Shown: positions 12,520 to 26,433, counted from the stretch's first letter. The stretch: 64,000 nt of DNA from Octopus sinensis (GCF_006345805.1 NC_043003.1:8990001-9054000); one strand, 5' to 3'. Notes: generated by a model not told the origin, from the sequence alone. Made by a program: numbers and translations.

Positions 12520-13285
12520 GCATGCTGAGCGAAATGCTTAGCGGTATTTCGTCTGCCGTTACGTTCTGAGTTCAAATTCTGCCGAGATCGACTTTGCCTT
12601 TCATCCTTTCAGGGTCGATAAATTAAGTACCAGTTACGCACTGGGGTTGATATAATCGACTTAATCTGTTTGTCTGTCCTTGTTTGTCCCCTCTGTGTTT
12701 AGCCTCTTGTGGGTAGTAAAGAAATAGGTATTTCGTCTGCCGTTACGTTCTGAGTTCAAATTCTACCGAGGTCGACTTTGCCTTTCATCCTTTCGGGGTC
12801 GATTAGATAAGTACCAGTTACACACTGGGGTCAATATAATCGACTTAATCCATTTGTCTGTCCTAGTTTATCCTCTCTGTGTTTAGCCCCTTGTGGGTAG
12901 TAAAGAAATAGGTATTTCGTCTGCCGTTACGTGCTGAGTTCAAATTCTACCGAGGTCGACTTTGCCTTTAATCCTTTCAGGTTTGATTAAATAAGTACCA
13001 GTTACACACTGGGGTCGATATAATCGACTTAATCCGTTTGTCTGTCCTTCTTTGTCCTCTCTGTGTGTAGCCCCTTGTGGGCAGTAAAGAAATAGGTATT
13101 TTGTCTGCTGTTACGTTCTGATCTCAAATTCCACTGAAGTCAGCTTTGCCTTTCATCTTTTCGGGGTCGATAATATAAGTACCAGTTATGCACTGGGTCG
13201 AACTAATCGACTGTCCCCCTCCCCCCCCCCCCGTCCTAAAAAAAAAAATTTGAGGCCATGTACCTATAGTAGAAAGGATTATTAC
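12520..13285 (+). mobile_element. SINE family B concatemer (four bodies, 184-bp period)
   Basis: GGTATTT unit starts at 12543, 12727, 12911, 13095; each has GAGTTCAAATT (B-box-like; degenerate in the last unit) and GTCGACTTTGCCTTTCATCCTTTC core. Confidence 0.9.
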
Positions 13286-13859
13286 TGTGATTGGGTCAGG
13301 CTTACCGGTATGCTAGTTTGCCAATGGTGGATTAGAAGGATTCTGAATTATATTGGATTCAAATTCCGGTGCAGGTTCAACAGTTTTGAGGGAGGGTGTA
13401 AGGGGATCACATGGATCTCAGTGCTCAACTGGTGTTTAACCTATTGACCCCCAAGAGCATGAAATGCAAAGTCGACCTTGGTGAAATTTGAACTCAGAAC
13501 CTGAAGATGGATGAGATGCCACTAAGCATTTTGTCCAACATGTTAACGATTCCATCAACTCACTGCCTCAATTATTTCTGATTTTGGTTTCAAATTTTAG
13601 CGCAAGGCCAGCAATGTTGAGGCTGGGTTAAATCAATTACATTAATCCCAGTGCATAACTGGTACTTATTTTACCAACCCTGAAAGGATGAAAGACAAAG
13701 TTGACCTTGACATACTATAAAGAACCCTCGTGTATAAGGAACCCCCTTTTTATTGGGGCTTGAAATTTGGAAAAAGGGTTTTGTAAAGGATTATAATACT
13801 ATCCATGTATAAGAAACTCCCATATTTTTTTAACCTAATTTTTGACATAAAAGGGTTCC

Positions 13860-14247
13860 GGAGTGGCTGTGTGGTAAGTAGCTTGCTTACCAACCACATG
13901 GTTCTGGGTTCAGTCCCACTGCATTGTACCTTGGGCAAGTGTCTTCTACTATAGCCTCAGGCCAACCAAAGCCTTGTGAGTGGATTTGGTTGATGGAAAC
14001 TGAAAGAAGCCTGTTGTATATATGTATGTATGTATATATATATGTATGTATGTATGTGTGTGTGTATGTTTGTGTGTCTGTGTTTGTCCCCCAACATCGC
14101 TTGACAACCGATGTTGCTGTGTTTACATCCCCGTAACTTAGAGGTTTGGCAAAAGAGACCGATAGAATAAGTACTACACTTGCAGAAAATAAGTCCTGGG
14201 GTCGATTTGATTGACTAAAAGGCAGTGCTCCAGCATGGCTGCAGTCA
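13860..14247 (+). mobile_element. SINE family A
   Basis: Matches family consensus. Confidence 0.88.
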
Positions 14248-14951
14248 TATATAAACTTTACTTAACTTTCCCTTTTCACTTTGTGAGAAACTCTCTGTCT
14301 TCTTTATGAATTCATTTAGTTGGAGACAAAATTTTGTTTGCTCTTCATTTTACAAGAGCAAATCCTGTCAAGTTTTGACATTATTATTTTTAAAAAAAAC
14401 TAAATTTTAATTTCTCCATTTCACAGATCTTTTATGGTACAATAGTGACATTGTAGCACACAGTCAACAAAGCTGGAAAATATCTGATATCGTTGAATTT
14501 ATAGGTCATTTCTAAGTACTAATATTGATTTATTTTCTTCAGCTTTGTTTTATCAAAACATCTGTGGAGGAAAAATATAATCATTAATTTCCTATGTTGC
14601 TAATATATTTGATTTTTAAAAAAATGTTTTCTTGAGCCCCAGATCATAAAGCTGGTTACCAGGTTTCAGGTCAGGGCAGGTGTAGGGGTGCACACCATTG
14701 TAGCTCATTACCGCATTCACCTTTTGTTAGTATATTTCCCGGGTCCTCCTGGTGACCTGTCAAGCAGAGTACCTGTCAGTCCCCTTCATGAGTTACCATG
14801 GAAGTGTTTTAAATCAGAGTGTTTTATTAACTCCCCGTTAGTATATCTTCACAGGTCGCCTTTCTACACCTTTCGACATCTTTTTGATAATAGAGGCTAA
14901 ATTTCCTTAAAAAACGAAAAGTGTTCACATCAGATATTATAACCATAGATA

Positions 14952-15028
14952 TAGTGTGTCCCAGATTAACTATCTTTGAATTAAATATAGATACTTAATT
15001 GATCGATGGTAAATTCTGGGACACCCTG
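14952..15028. mobile_element. Very short Tc1/mariner-type MITE
   Basis: TA|TAGTGTGTCCCAGA ... TCTGGGACACCCTG|TA. Confidence 0.55.
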
Positions 15029-15100
15029 TACAAAAATGCTTCTGGTTACAACTAGAACCACTTTGATCACAGGTCTTCTCAATTAGGGCTGATTTGAGGT

Positions 15101-15493
15101 TATTCTCTTTTATTCTCTTTTACTTGTTTCAGTCATTTTGACTGCGGCCATGCTGGAGCACCGCCCTTGATCGAGCAAATCGACCTCAGGACTTATTCTT
15201 TTTGTAAGCCCAGTACTTATTCTATCGGTTTCTTTTGCCGAACCGCTAAGTGACGGGGAGGTATACACACCAGCATCGGTTGTCAAGCAATGATAGATGG
15301 ACAAACACATACATATATATATATATACATATATACGACAGGCTTCTTTCAGTTTCCGTCTACCAAATCCACTCACAAGGCATTGGTCGGCGCGGGGCTA
15401 TAGCAGAAGACACTGGCCCAAGATGCCACGCAGTGGGACTGAACCCGAAACCATGTGGTTGGTTAGCAAGCTACTTACCACACAGCCACTCCT
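15101..15493 (-). mobile_element. SINE family A
   Basis: Matches family consensus, reverse strand. Confidence 0.88.
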
Positions 15494-16330
15494 TTCGTTA
15501 ATGAATTTCTTGGTTATCTTACAATCCTAATAGTTTATCATATTAGATTGAATATGAATCTCAATTTAGGCTTATTGGTCGGTTAAAAACGCCAAAAAAT
15601 CATTCTATTCCTGTAACCCATTTTTCTAAATAAGATACAAATCTTCCATTTTCTCCTCAACAGTTTAAAATTTTTTTTAATTTGTGAGCAAAACTGAAGA
15701 GATCCCAGTTTATTAATGGACACGTAACACGTTTGCCTGAATAAATTTTAAAAAAATATTTTCTTATACGGCAAAATAACTTTTCATAACACTGCGTAGT
15801 AAACAACGAAGAGGGAATAACTACGGTGAGATTAGTTAGTAATTAGAAGAGAGTTATCTACCTTATGTTAATTGCAGTTTTTAAAGCCTTGTTCGTCTAT
15901 CTCGATGCAATAAGTTCAGTTTTATCAATTACAATTGGTATATTAGAGTAAAAACAATACAACATACATTAATAAAAAGAGAAAGAATCTATGTGTGTCC
16001 CTCTCTCTCTTAAACTATGTATGTATATAAAAGCACAGTATTCTGTGGAATTGAATGTAAAACTATGGTTAAACTAGATTAACAGAGTTACATAAAGAGA
16101 AAAGTTTTTTGGCTGGAATTTTGAAAAAGATGTTGATGGGATGAGAGATATTGAAAGCTATCCGTATTTTTCTGGACAAGAGGGAGAAATAATGTGAAAA
16201 ACCATAAGTGTGTGTATAATATATACATAAATCTATGTTCATATATATATATATATATATATGCACATCTATGTTCATATGTATGCATATATGTAATGTA
16301 TGTATATATGTATGTGTACAAACGCACACG

Positions 16331-16728
16331 CATAGGTGTGGCTGTGTGGTAAGAAGTTTGCTTTCCAACCACATGGTTCTGGGTTCAGTCCCTCTGCTTT
16401 ACACCACGGGGAAGTTTCTTTTATTATAGCATCAGGTCTGTAGCATTGTGAGTGGAGTTGGTAAATGGTAACTGAAAAAGCCTATCGAATATACATACAG
16501 AAATATATATATATATATATGTTTGTGTCTGTGTTTGTCCCTCACTGCCACTTGACGATTGGTGTTGGTGTGTTTATGTCCCTGTAACTTAGCAGTTTGG
16601 CAAAACAGACTAATAGAGGAAGTACTATGCTAAAAAACGAAAATACTGGAATTAATTCATTTAACTAAAAATTCTTTAAAGCATTGTTTCAGCATGGTCA
16701 CAGTCTAATGACCGAAACAAGTAAAAGA
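16331..16728 (+). mobile_element. SINE family A, diverged
   Basis: Matches family consensus. Confidence 0.8.
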
Positions 16729-16933
16729 CAGAATATATATGTGTGTTTGTGTGTATATATATATATATATGTATGTATGTATATACGTAGTGCTGAATAT
16801 AACTTTGTGTTACATTTGAGTTAATTATGATACATGTGTAATGTAATTCCTGTTCACTTTACACATAAAATCAGATACACACATGTATATCTCTCTCTCT
16901 CTCTCTCTCTCTCTCTATGTGTGTGTCTGTGTG

Positions 16934-17017
<84 letters not shown>

Positions 17018-18842
17018 TGTATGTATACATATATATATATATATATATACATATATACATACACACACATGCATACATATAGACACATATATGTATATGT
17101 ATGTATGCTGTATGTGTGTATACTAGCTGTGAATTGATTTTCTCTATGTTTACTAATGAATATTATCCAGATGGTACTCTAGCATTCTGTGTGTGTGTTT
17201 GTGTGCGTGCGCGCACGTGTGTGTGGTGTGTGTAAAGGTATGTAAATACACATAGACTTATATACATATATATCGATATTGATTCACACACACACACACA
17301 CACTCACACAAACAAACATAAGCATTAATATTAATATAGACTTATTCATACACAAACACCCACACGTTCTTCTGCTGGCTTCAGTTAATAAATTGCAGTA
17401 ATTCTGGGTTGCTTTCTTCAAGGGTTTAGCGGATTCCATCAAACTGGAGGTGCTTGGGACGGGCTTATTACAGCTTTGTTTTATTGATCTCTATTTGTCA
17501 AACCACTAGCTCGCATGAGGTAAAGAGACACAACATAAGCAACGTCAGATTTTTAGGGTGATGTAATAATAAGCATAAAGAAATTAGGGTTTCCGCAGTG
17601 TTTCTGTGTACCAGCTTCTATAAACAAGGCATTGGTCAAGCGAATGTTATAGGAGAAGCCGTTATTGCCCATGTGCCGCACATTGTGGAAAAGCTGTTAA
17701 TTGCCCATGTGCCACACATTGCAAATGAAATCTGAATACCACGTGGATGTAAACTGAATTTGTTAACAAAACAGCCAGATGTCTATGTCTGTATGTATGT
17801 CACCATGTGTCTGTGTATATATGTATGTGTGTGGATGTATTCATATGAATGTATGTACATATGTGTATATGGTGAATTGCGTAGACAGAAGTACATGTAC
17901 ACACATAATAATAAAAAATAAAAAAACCCACCCACATGAAAGTGAAGTAGACGAAGGAAGAGATACAGAGCGAAGTGGAAAAGTTGAATAGAGAAGGAGA
18001 GGAGGGAATGGAGAGCGGTAGAGAATGGAGTGCGAAAGGGGTAGGAGCAAACAAGGAGGCTGATGTGACTAGAGAAAAAAAAAAGAGTGAGGGAGAGTGT
18101 GAGATGACAGAGAAAGAGTAAGAGAGGGAGAGCGAGAGATAGAGAGGGCGGACAGAAGCTTAGTTCCATGTGAGGAGCGTTGTGGGGATGAATTTATATA
18201 GCGGTTCGTTGAAGCCTTCTGTAACATTTTAGACAGTGTTTCGAAAGATAGCATTGGACCAGGATTAATGATCAAATGGTAAATATCGTACTGGTTTTCC
18301 TTTCAAATCTACATGCACATGTATAAACATGTATACATAATAACACAGATATATTTTTTTTGTTTTCATTAAAACAGTCATGTTTATATAAACATGGTAG
18401 CATTATGTTGAGCTGTTCAGTTTTACACACATGCATGCGGATGTACACACGTACACACCTTAGCATACCCATACAAAAGCATACATGCATATATGCATAG
18501 ACAAGGATATGTATGTAGGTGTATGTATATTCATATACATACATTTATGTGTGTGAATATATACATACATACACATGTATATATATATATTTATACATAT
18601 ATATATGTATATAATATGTATATGTATGTATATGAATATATATAATATATATATATATATATATGAATATATATATATAATATATATATATATAGATGTA
18701 TGTACATATACCTAAGTATATATGCATATATATTATATATATATATATAGATGTATGTATGTATATGCATTTATATATATATATATGTTATATAAATGTA
18801 TACACATATATCTACATTTATGTATGTATGTACATGTATATG

Positions 18843-18875
<33 letters not shown>

Positions 18876-19629
18876 GTTTGTTTCTTCGTAATTTATGCAC
18901 TGAAGCCATCAGTTTTGGTTAATTCCTACAATCGACCCCAATGCATGACTGGTACTTTATTGACTCAGGAAAAGAGAAGCTTGACCACAGCAGGATTAGA
19001 ACTTAGAACATAAAGTTTTGAACGAAATGCTACCATTCATTTACACATTCCTCCAGAAACACACAAAACAATCAGAATGCAATCTGATTTCTAACGCATA
19101 CTTGTCAACAACAGAAACATCACACACACACACACACACATACAAACACACACATGCATTCTTGCACAGACACACATGCACTCTTGCACACACACACACA
19201 CACATCACACTATATATTATATATAAGCAAATGTGTATATTCCGAAGCTCAGTTACATGTATACACTGTTTATTTACGTACACAGGTGAACACATCTTAG
19301 CGAGCATGAATCTTTGAATATAGACAGGTGTGAAACACTCCCTCCCCCACCCTCACCACCGCCACCACCACTGATGTACTTGTGCAAGCTCAGTTGTGAC
19401 TGTGTGGTAAGAAGTTTGCTTTCCAGTCACATGGTTCTTGGTTCAGTCCTACTGAGTGGCACCTTGCGCTACTTCTATAACCTCGGGCTGACCAAACCTT
19501 GCGAGTGGATCTGGTTGACAGAAACTGAAAGAAGTCTGTTGTATATATGTATGTATGTGTGTACATATATATGTGTGTGTGTGTATGTATATATATATAT
19601 TTATATATATATGTATATATATATATATG

Positions 19630-19661
<32 letters not shown>

Positions 19662-19713
19662 TATAGTATGTATGTATGTATGTATATATATATGTGTGTG
19701 TATATATATGTTA

Positions 19714-19811
<98 letters not shown>

Positions 19812-19860
19812 CACACACACATACACACATACATACATACATACATACATACAAACATAT

Positions 19861-20105
19861 AATGTTGGTATTATGCAAAAGTGTCGTTATTCCAAAACAT
19901 TGCTTTTTCAGAAAACAAAAAAAACAGTTTTACCATTCCATAGCAAAACCATTGTTCTACATTTTGGATGTCTTGGTATCTGAAGCAGCTGGAGATACGA
20001 TAGTTTGACCAAAAGAACCGGTTATTGCAAGCAAAAATAAAGATTGAAAGAAACACACATTTGGCCAAATTCGGACATACCATAGTTTAACATAATACCA
20101 ATGAT
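19861..20105. mobile_element. Possible TA-flanked MITE
   Basis: Terminal inverted match TTGGTATTATG / CATAATACCAA between (TA)n tracts. Confidence 0.4.
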
Positions 20106-20484
20106 ATATATATATATATACTAGTAGGAAAGCCTTCTTTTTTCTATCGAGGGCTTATGTGTCCCTTTATTAGACTATTTTCATTAGTCATTGCACGGTG
20201 ATTGCCATAAACTTTAAGATTACATAAAAATACCATTATTATTATTTACAGGATTGTAAATTGTGGCACCATAATAAAAGGCCATTCACACCGAAAGCAT
20301 ATAAGAAAGTTTGTTTACACAAACATCTGCTTTCCATGCTGGCATATACATACATATATAATAAATATATATATATATGTAGATACATGAATTATATGAT
20401 ATATATTATATATATATATTGGTAAAAATGGTAAGATAACAAAAGAAAGAAAGAGACCACAATATTATGTAAATAGAGGAAATT

Positions 20485-20705
20485 TATCTGTAAAAGTAAT
20501 ATGTGACAATTATTTGGTAGCCAAGATAAAACTCTGAGTTTCGGATGTCGGGACGGAAACTTCCCTTTGTATAACGGTCTTTTTTCATAGCATTTTTCCG
20601 ATGGCTGGATAACTGAAGAGATGGTGGTGTGGATTTCCACTTCGGCATCCAAAACTCAGAGTTTTATCTTGGCTACCGAATAATTGTCACATATTACTGT
20701 TACAG

Positions 20706-20708
<3 letters not shown>
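20485..20708. repeat. Inverted repeat, ~63-bp arms, Penelope-like
   Basis: TATCTGTAAAAGTAATATGTGACAATTATTTGGTAGCCAAGATAAAACTCTGAGTTTCGGATG versus its reverse complement at 20643-20708. Confidence 0.8.
20608..20668 (+). ncRNA. Hammerhead motif with mutated core (GAAAC to AAAAC)
   Basis: GATAA-CTGAAGA-GATG...CATC-C-AAAAC-TCAGAGT-T-TTATC; the opposite arm of the same inverted repeat retains GAAAC. Confidence 0.6.
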
Positions 20709-20741
<33 letters not shown>

Positions 20742-21974
20742 TATAAATGTATAAATATATATATATAAAATCAAGTTAGGGAGACAATACCTCACACTCA
20801 CATATTTATGTGTAGACATAAACACACACATATACATACATACATACATACATGCATACATACATACATACATACATACCTATATATATATGTCCAACAC
20901 ATACCAGCATAGAGCACCTTGCTGATGTCAATAATGATAATGATGATTACGACGTGTGTGAATGTGTGTCGAAGCTAAGTCCATTACATAATCCTGCCCT
21001 TTTATAGTACCTATACGCACGGAGTACAGCTAAATAGAACGAGGTGTATATTGTTAAGCGGTGATGACAAAACATGAACAGTGTCAGTTGTCTGTATTGA
21101 CACATTGTTGATGTGAGCACACACATACACACACACATACACAGATGATGGGTGGCAGATTTAATCATTTGTCCAGGTGGACCCTGGCAGGCTTTTCTTG
21201 TTTGTCGAGTCGGTTGCAGGAATTTTGACCAGGTGTTTAACCTGAGAATAACTTCTTCCTACCAGTCTTGGAGGCTATAAAAGCATGTCATGGGTCCTGC
21301 ATCGACCATGAAAATATGCACGCATACGTACAGAGATATATCATGCATACGTACATACTTACATCTATACATACTTACATCTATACATAATTGCATATAT
21401 ATATATATACAGATACATGCATACATACATACATACATACATACATACATACATACATGCATAGATACATGCATGCATACATACATAGATACATATATAC
21501 ATACACTCACGCATACATACATACATACATTTATACATACATATACATGTACATACATTCATACATGCGTGCATAGTCATATATACATATACACGTCCAT
21601 ACATACATACATACATACATACATTCATACATATACACATATATACATATATGCATATATCCATACAGGCTTATACACATACATGCAATTATACATACAT
21701 ATATGCAATATATGCAATAATACACATGTACATGCCTGCAATAATACATATATACATACATGCATGCATTCATATGTACATGAATATTATACATACATAC
21801 ATTACATACATGCATACATACACACATACATGCAAGCACACATGTAATTATATATATGTATAGCAACTTGGATTTCTAATCCATGCAAGTCATATCTGTG
21901 GTGCACACAAATATGCATGGCATGCACACATTCATTCGAACAGACACATATATGTCTATGTATGTATATGTATG

Positions 21975-22019
<45 letters not shown>

Positions 22020-22141
22020 TTAATAAGGGTGAGAGAATTAGATACTAATTTAATAGTATACCTATTCAACACCAAGTGGCCCAGTGCCCCGAGAAACCTG
22101 GATTATTATAATATTTTATAATATATTATAATATTTTATAC

Positions 22142-22375
22142 AAAAATAAATATAAGAGAGTAGTCACTATGTGGCTCACTCTAGCACTAGTAAATCCAAA
22201 AGGTTTCAACCACAAAAATACATGTTTCCCATGAAAGTCAGTACGATTGTTAGCTCACACGAACAGGGCAAATAACAATCGTACTGACTTTCATGGGAAA
22301 CATGTATTTTTGTGGTTGAAACCTTTTGGATTTACTAGTGCTAGAGTGAGCCACATAGTGACCACTCTCTTATAT

Positions 22376-22383
<8 letters not shown>
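22142..22383. repeat. Near-perfect palindrome: 111-bp arms, 20-nt loop
   Basis: Arms 22142-22252 and 22273-22383; I count one mismatch. Confidence 0.95.
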
Positions 22384-22428
<45 letters not shown>

Positions 22429-22510
22429 GTATATATTATAATCTATGTATTTATGTATGTAGTGTATGTACATATATATATATAAATATATGTATCTATA
22501 TCTATATTGA

Positions 22511-22545
<35 letters not shown>

Positions 22546-22698
22546 ATATATATATATATATATACTTACATACATACATTATATATATATATACTTACAT
22601 ACATACATGATATATATATGTATATATACATAAGATTACAACTCTATACAAATCATGCTTGTTGTCTGATACTAGGGCAAACTACGCGTGTACACACA

Positions 22699-22730
<32 letters not shown>

Positions 22731-24196
22731 TATACTCCTACACATGCACATATACATGCGCATTATCTAATATTTATTTCAAAGTGACAGCTGGTTCTTT
22801 CTAACAATTATGTTCTGCCGTCATCATTTCAGTTGTTTAACTGTAGTAGTAGTAGTAGTAGTAGTAGTAGTCGTGGTGGTGGTGGTGGTGAAGGTATTAT
22901 AATAATAATAATAATAATAATTATTATTATTATTATTAGTAGTAGTAGTAGTAATAGTAGTAGTTGTAGTAGTATTTGTTGATGTTTATGTCATCGCAAC
23001 TACTGTTGTCTTTCATTTTCTGTCATGTGTGGGTGGTACTGTAGCCAGTTATACGGAAATAAGGGGTGGGCTGGGCCGATTGATACAATGGCTACAGTAA
23101 CAGGCAAAAGTACCTAGTAACACTTTGTTGTATATCTCTATGTCCCGAGTTCAAATCCAGCTCACTTTGGCATTCCCTTTCATTCTTCATTATTATCATT
23201 AATGTCATCAAAATGGTGAGCTGGCAGAGTCGTTAGCATGCTGGACAAACTCATTAACAACTTTTTGTCCATCCTTGTGTTCTGAGTTCAAATTTTGCTG
23301 AGGCTGACTTTGCCTTTTGTTTTTCCTGGGTTTGATAAACTAAGTAGAAGCCAAGCACAGGGGTTGATATAATTGTCTAAGGCTTTGGTTAGCCCCCAGG
23401 GCTATAGTAGATGACATTTGCCCAAGGTGCCACACAGCGGGACTGAACTCAAAGCCAGCCATTCTTGTACCTAGTAATGTAAATGATATTGTAGATATGA
23501 AGTTGTGAATGAAAAGAATCTAGCTGTGGAGTCAAACGGAATTGAATGAGTCAATGAATGAGCCAGTATTTGGTTGCTTGATCTGCTAAAAGTAGTAGCC
23601 AAACCATTTTCAAATCACAAACCATTGTCTGAGTAAAAGACCCGTTAATGATGTGTTGTACAAGTGGCATCTGACAACAAAAAAGATGACGTATTTGGCA
23701 ACCTGGATTATGAATTAAAGATCATCTACACCTACAATTTTTCCTTTCCTTATACTTAGTTTATTGTTTTTGCAAATACTGAATATATATTTTTTTATAT
23801 ATATTCTTTACTTAGACTGTACTGGCAGACTTGGATGTTAGACATCCCTTTGAAGGATTTCGGTCCTCAAAGGTGCATAGCTTAGTGGTTAGGCTGTTGC
23901 TCTCATGATTGCGAGGTCGAGGGTTTGATTCCCAGTCCAGGCATTGAATTGTGTTCTTGAGTAAAGCACTTCATTCCACGTTGCTCTGCAATCATTTCAT
24001 CATTTGACATGTGGCACATGGTGCACCTGTACAGGTAAGGTCGATCTGATGGAGGGAGTGAGTGAGCTTACGTCTAACAAACATTTGATCACTATGAACA
24101 AATCCATCTGTGTGGTTGTTCGGTAAGAAATTGTTGAACCCTCCTATGTCATCTAACGATGGGAGCGTCCGTCATATATATATACACACACACACA

Positions 24197-24472
24197 TGCG
24201 AGGTCCAACATCTGAAAAATCCTTTCTCACCAGTTTGTCATATATATATATATATATATATAGGGAGAATTCACAAAAAAAAACAAAAGATGAAGACAGG
24301 TGGTGTAGACAACAAACAGGTGTATTATTATAGCACTTGGGAAGTAAAAAAGTTTTTAATGTTTCGAGCCTATGCTCTTCCACAGAAAGAAACAACAAGG
24401 AGAGAAAATAAAGAATGTGTAGTGGTTAATGGCAAAGTGGTGAGAAAGGATCTTCAGATGTTGGACCTCACA
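24197..24472. repeat. Inverted repeat (~44-bp arms) enclosing (TA)n and a Penelope-like fragment
   Basis: GAGGTCCAACATCTGAAAAATCCTTTCTCACCAGTTTG / CAAAGTGGTGAGAAAGGATCTTCAGATGTTGGACCTC. Confidence 0.75.
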
Positions 24473-24480
24473 GAGGAGAT

Positions 24481-24706
24481 TGTCCTCTCTGTGCTTAGCC
24501 CCTTGTGGGTAGTAAAGAAATAGGTATTTCGTCTACCGTTACGTTCTGAGTTCAAATTCCGCTAAGGTCGACTTTGCCTTGCATCCTTTCAGGGTCAATA
24601 AAATAAGTACCAGTTATGCACTGGGATTGATGTAATCAACTTAATCCCTTTGCCTGTCCTTGTTTGTCCCCTCTGTGTTTAGCCCCTTGTGGGTAGTAAA
24701 GAAATA
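24481..24706 (+). mobile_element. SINE family B, partial dimer
   Basis: Tail...GTAAAGAAATA|GGTATTTCG junction as in the other arrays. Confidence 0.85.
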
Positions 24707-26004
24707 ATTAAAGTAATCCAGAGTGGGGAATGTATACATGACAGAATCTTGGAAACTGATCTTATAAGTCTCTGGCCCAGGTAGAAACCTTGATCCTTTC
24801 CTTTTGATGTATGTTTACATATATATATATATGCTTGTGTCTTTGTGGTTTTGTGTGTCTCTGATGCTTGACAACTGGTTCTGGTATATCCAGGGTCCTC
24901 TGACCTAGTAATTCACCATATGAGACTGATATACTAAGAACTTGACATTATATAAAAAAATAAGTACTGAGATACATTTTTTTCAACTAAAACCATTCCA
25001 GTTGGTGCTCCAGCATGGCCACAGTTCAATGACTGACACAATTTAAAAATATAAAGAATAGAAAGAGTATTATTACAGCTTCTCTTGTCGTCACTAGTCT
25101 TTCCTTATTGTCATTGTCTACGTCATCTGCTCATCACCAGCATCATCATCATCGTCATCATCATCGTCATCTTCATAATGATGGTGGTGGTGTCAATGAC
25201 AATGTAATGAGGACTTTTACTACCATCACCATCACCATCACCATCATAATGTCCAAGTGCATTCATTAATGAGCTATTTTTCCCCACTCAATTACTAATT
25301 CTAACCATAAATGAATTTCTTTATTGCTTTCCAAATAAAGCATGTAAGGTGGTGGAGGAGGTGGTGGTGTGGTGGTGGTGGTGGTGGTGGTGGTGGATTA
25401 TATTGTAATGAGAGGTTGTGGGAGAGGGGTGTGCGGTGCAATGCGGTGATAGTGTGAGTAAAGAAATGGGACAGGGTTGCGAGAGACTGGATTAGCTATA
25501 CACCAAAAATCGGTTGTAAATTCACACATACATAGACACCTGCAATCATGTTTTTGCACACACACACACACACATGCCTACACACACATACACGCATGCA
25601 TGCACACACAAAGACAGGCATAACACAGCATAACAGATTTATATGAAGAATCTGAATAAAATGGTTAGCACATTGTTCTCTCTTTCTCTTTCTCACGTAC
25701 GCAACACCCACAACACTTATATAATAACCCAACATGAGCCAACATGGCTCTACTGCTAGAAATAGCAGCTAGATATCCCACATACCAAGCTAAAAGTGCG
25801 TTCAATCCCACTGCGTGGAACTTTGGGCAAGTTTAGCTTTATGCCATAAAGCTAAACCTTTTATGGACAGGAAACCTTTCGGCTTTATGTTTTTTCACAA
25901 ATGATATATATATATATATATACGTGTGTGTGTTCCATTTTGTTCACACACACGCACACACAAACACACAGTTTGAAGTATGTGTACATATGTATGTATA
26001 TATA

Positions 26005-26410
26005 TCATCATCATCATCGCTTAACGTCCACTTTCCATGCTAGCATGGGTTGGATGATTTGACTGAGGACTGATGAACCAGATGGCTGCACCAGGCTCCA
26101 ATCTTGATCTGGCCGAGTTTCTACAGCTTGATGCCCTTCCTAATGCCAACCACTCCGAGAGTGTAGTGGGTGCTTTTTACGTGCCACCAGCATGAGAGCC
26201 GGCCAGGCGGTACTGGCAACGGCCACGCCCAAATGGTGTTTTTTTACATGCCATCGGCACAAGTGCCAGTAAGGTAACACTGGTAATGACCACACTCAAA
26301 TGGTGCTTTTTACGTGCCACTGGCACGGACGCCAGTTAGCCGCTCTGGCAACGATCACGCTCAGATGGTGCTCTTAGCGCTCCACTAGCATGGATGCCAG
26401 TCATCGAATT
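26005..26410 (-). mobile_element. Retroposon family C
   Basis: Same architecture, three VNTR units. Confidence 0.85.
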
Positions 26411-26433
26411 TTATTTCAGTCATTTTGAATTAA

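Noticed and set aside
12727-12910. Assigning families A, B, C and E to named SINE superfamilies (CORE, V, Deu/Nin, Ceph, OK/OR)
   Set aside because: Some segments look familiar from memory (the family B centre resembles CORE-type domains) but this cannot be verified without alignment, so neutral labels are used.
14715-14740. Collagen-like GPPGD peptide
   Set aside because: Only two triplets and no splice context.
22215-22310. Hammerhead in the 111-bp palindrome (GAAAC-ATGT-A present)
   Set aside because: Upstream reads CTGACTT, not CTGANGA, and no stem I pairing is found.
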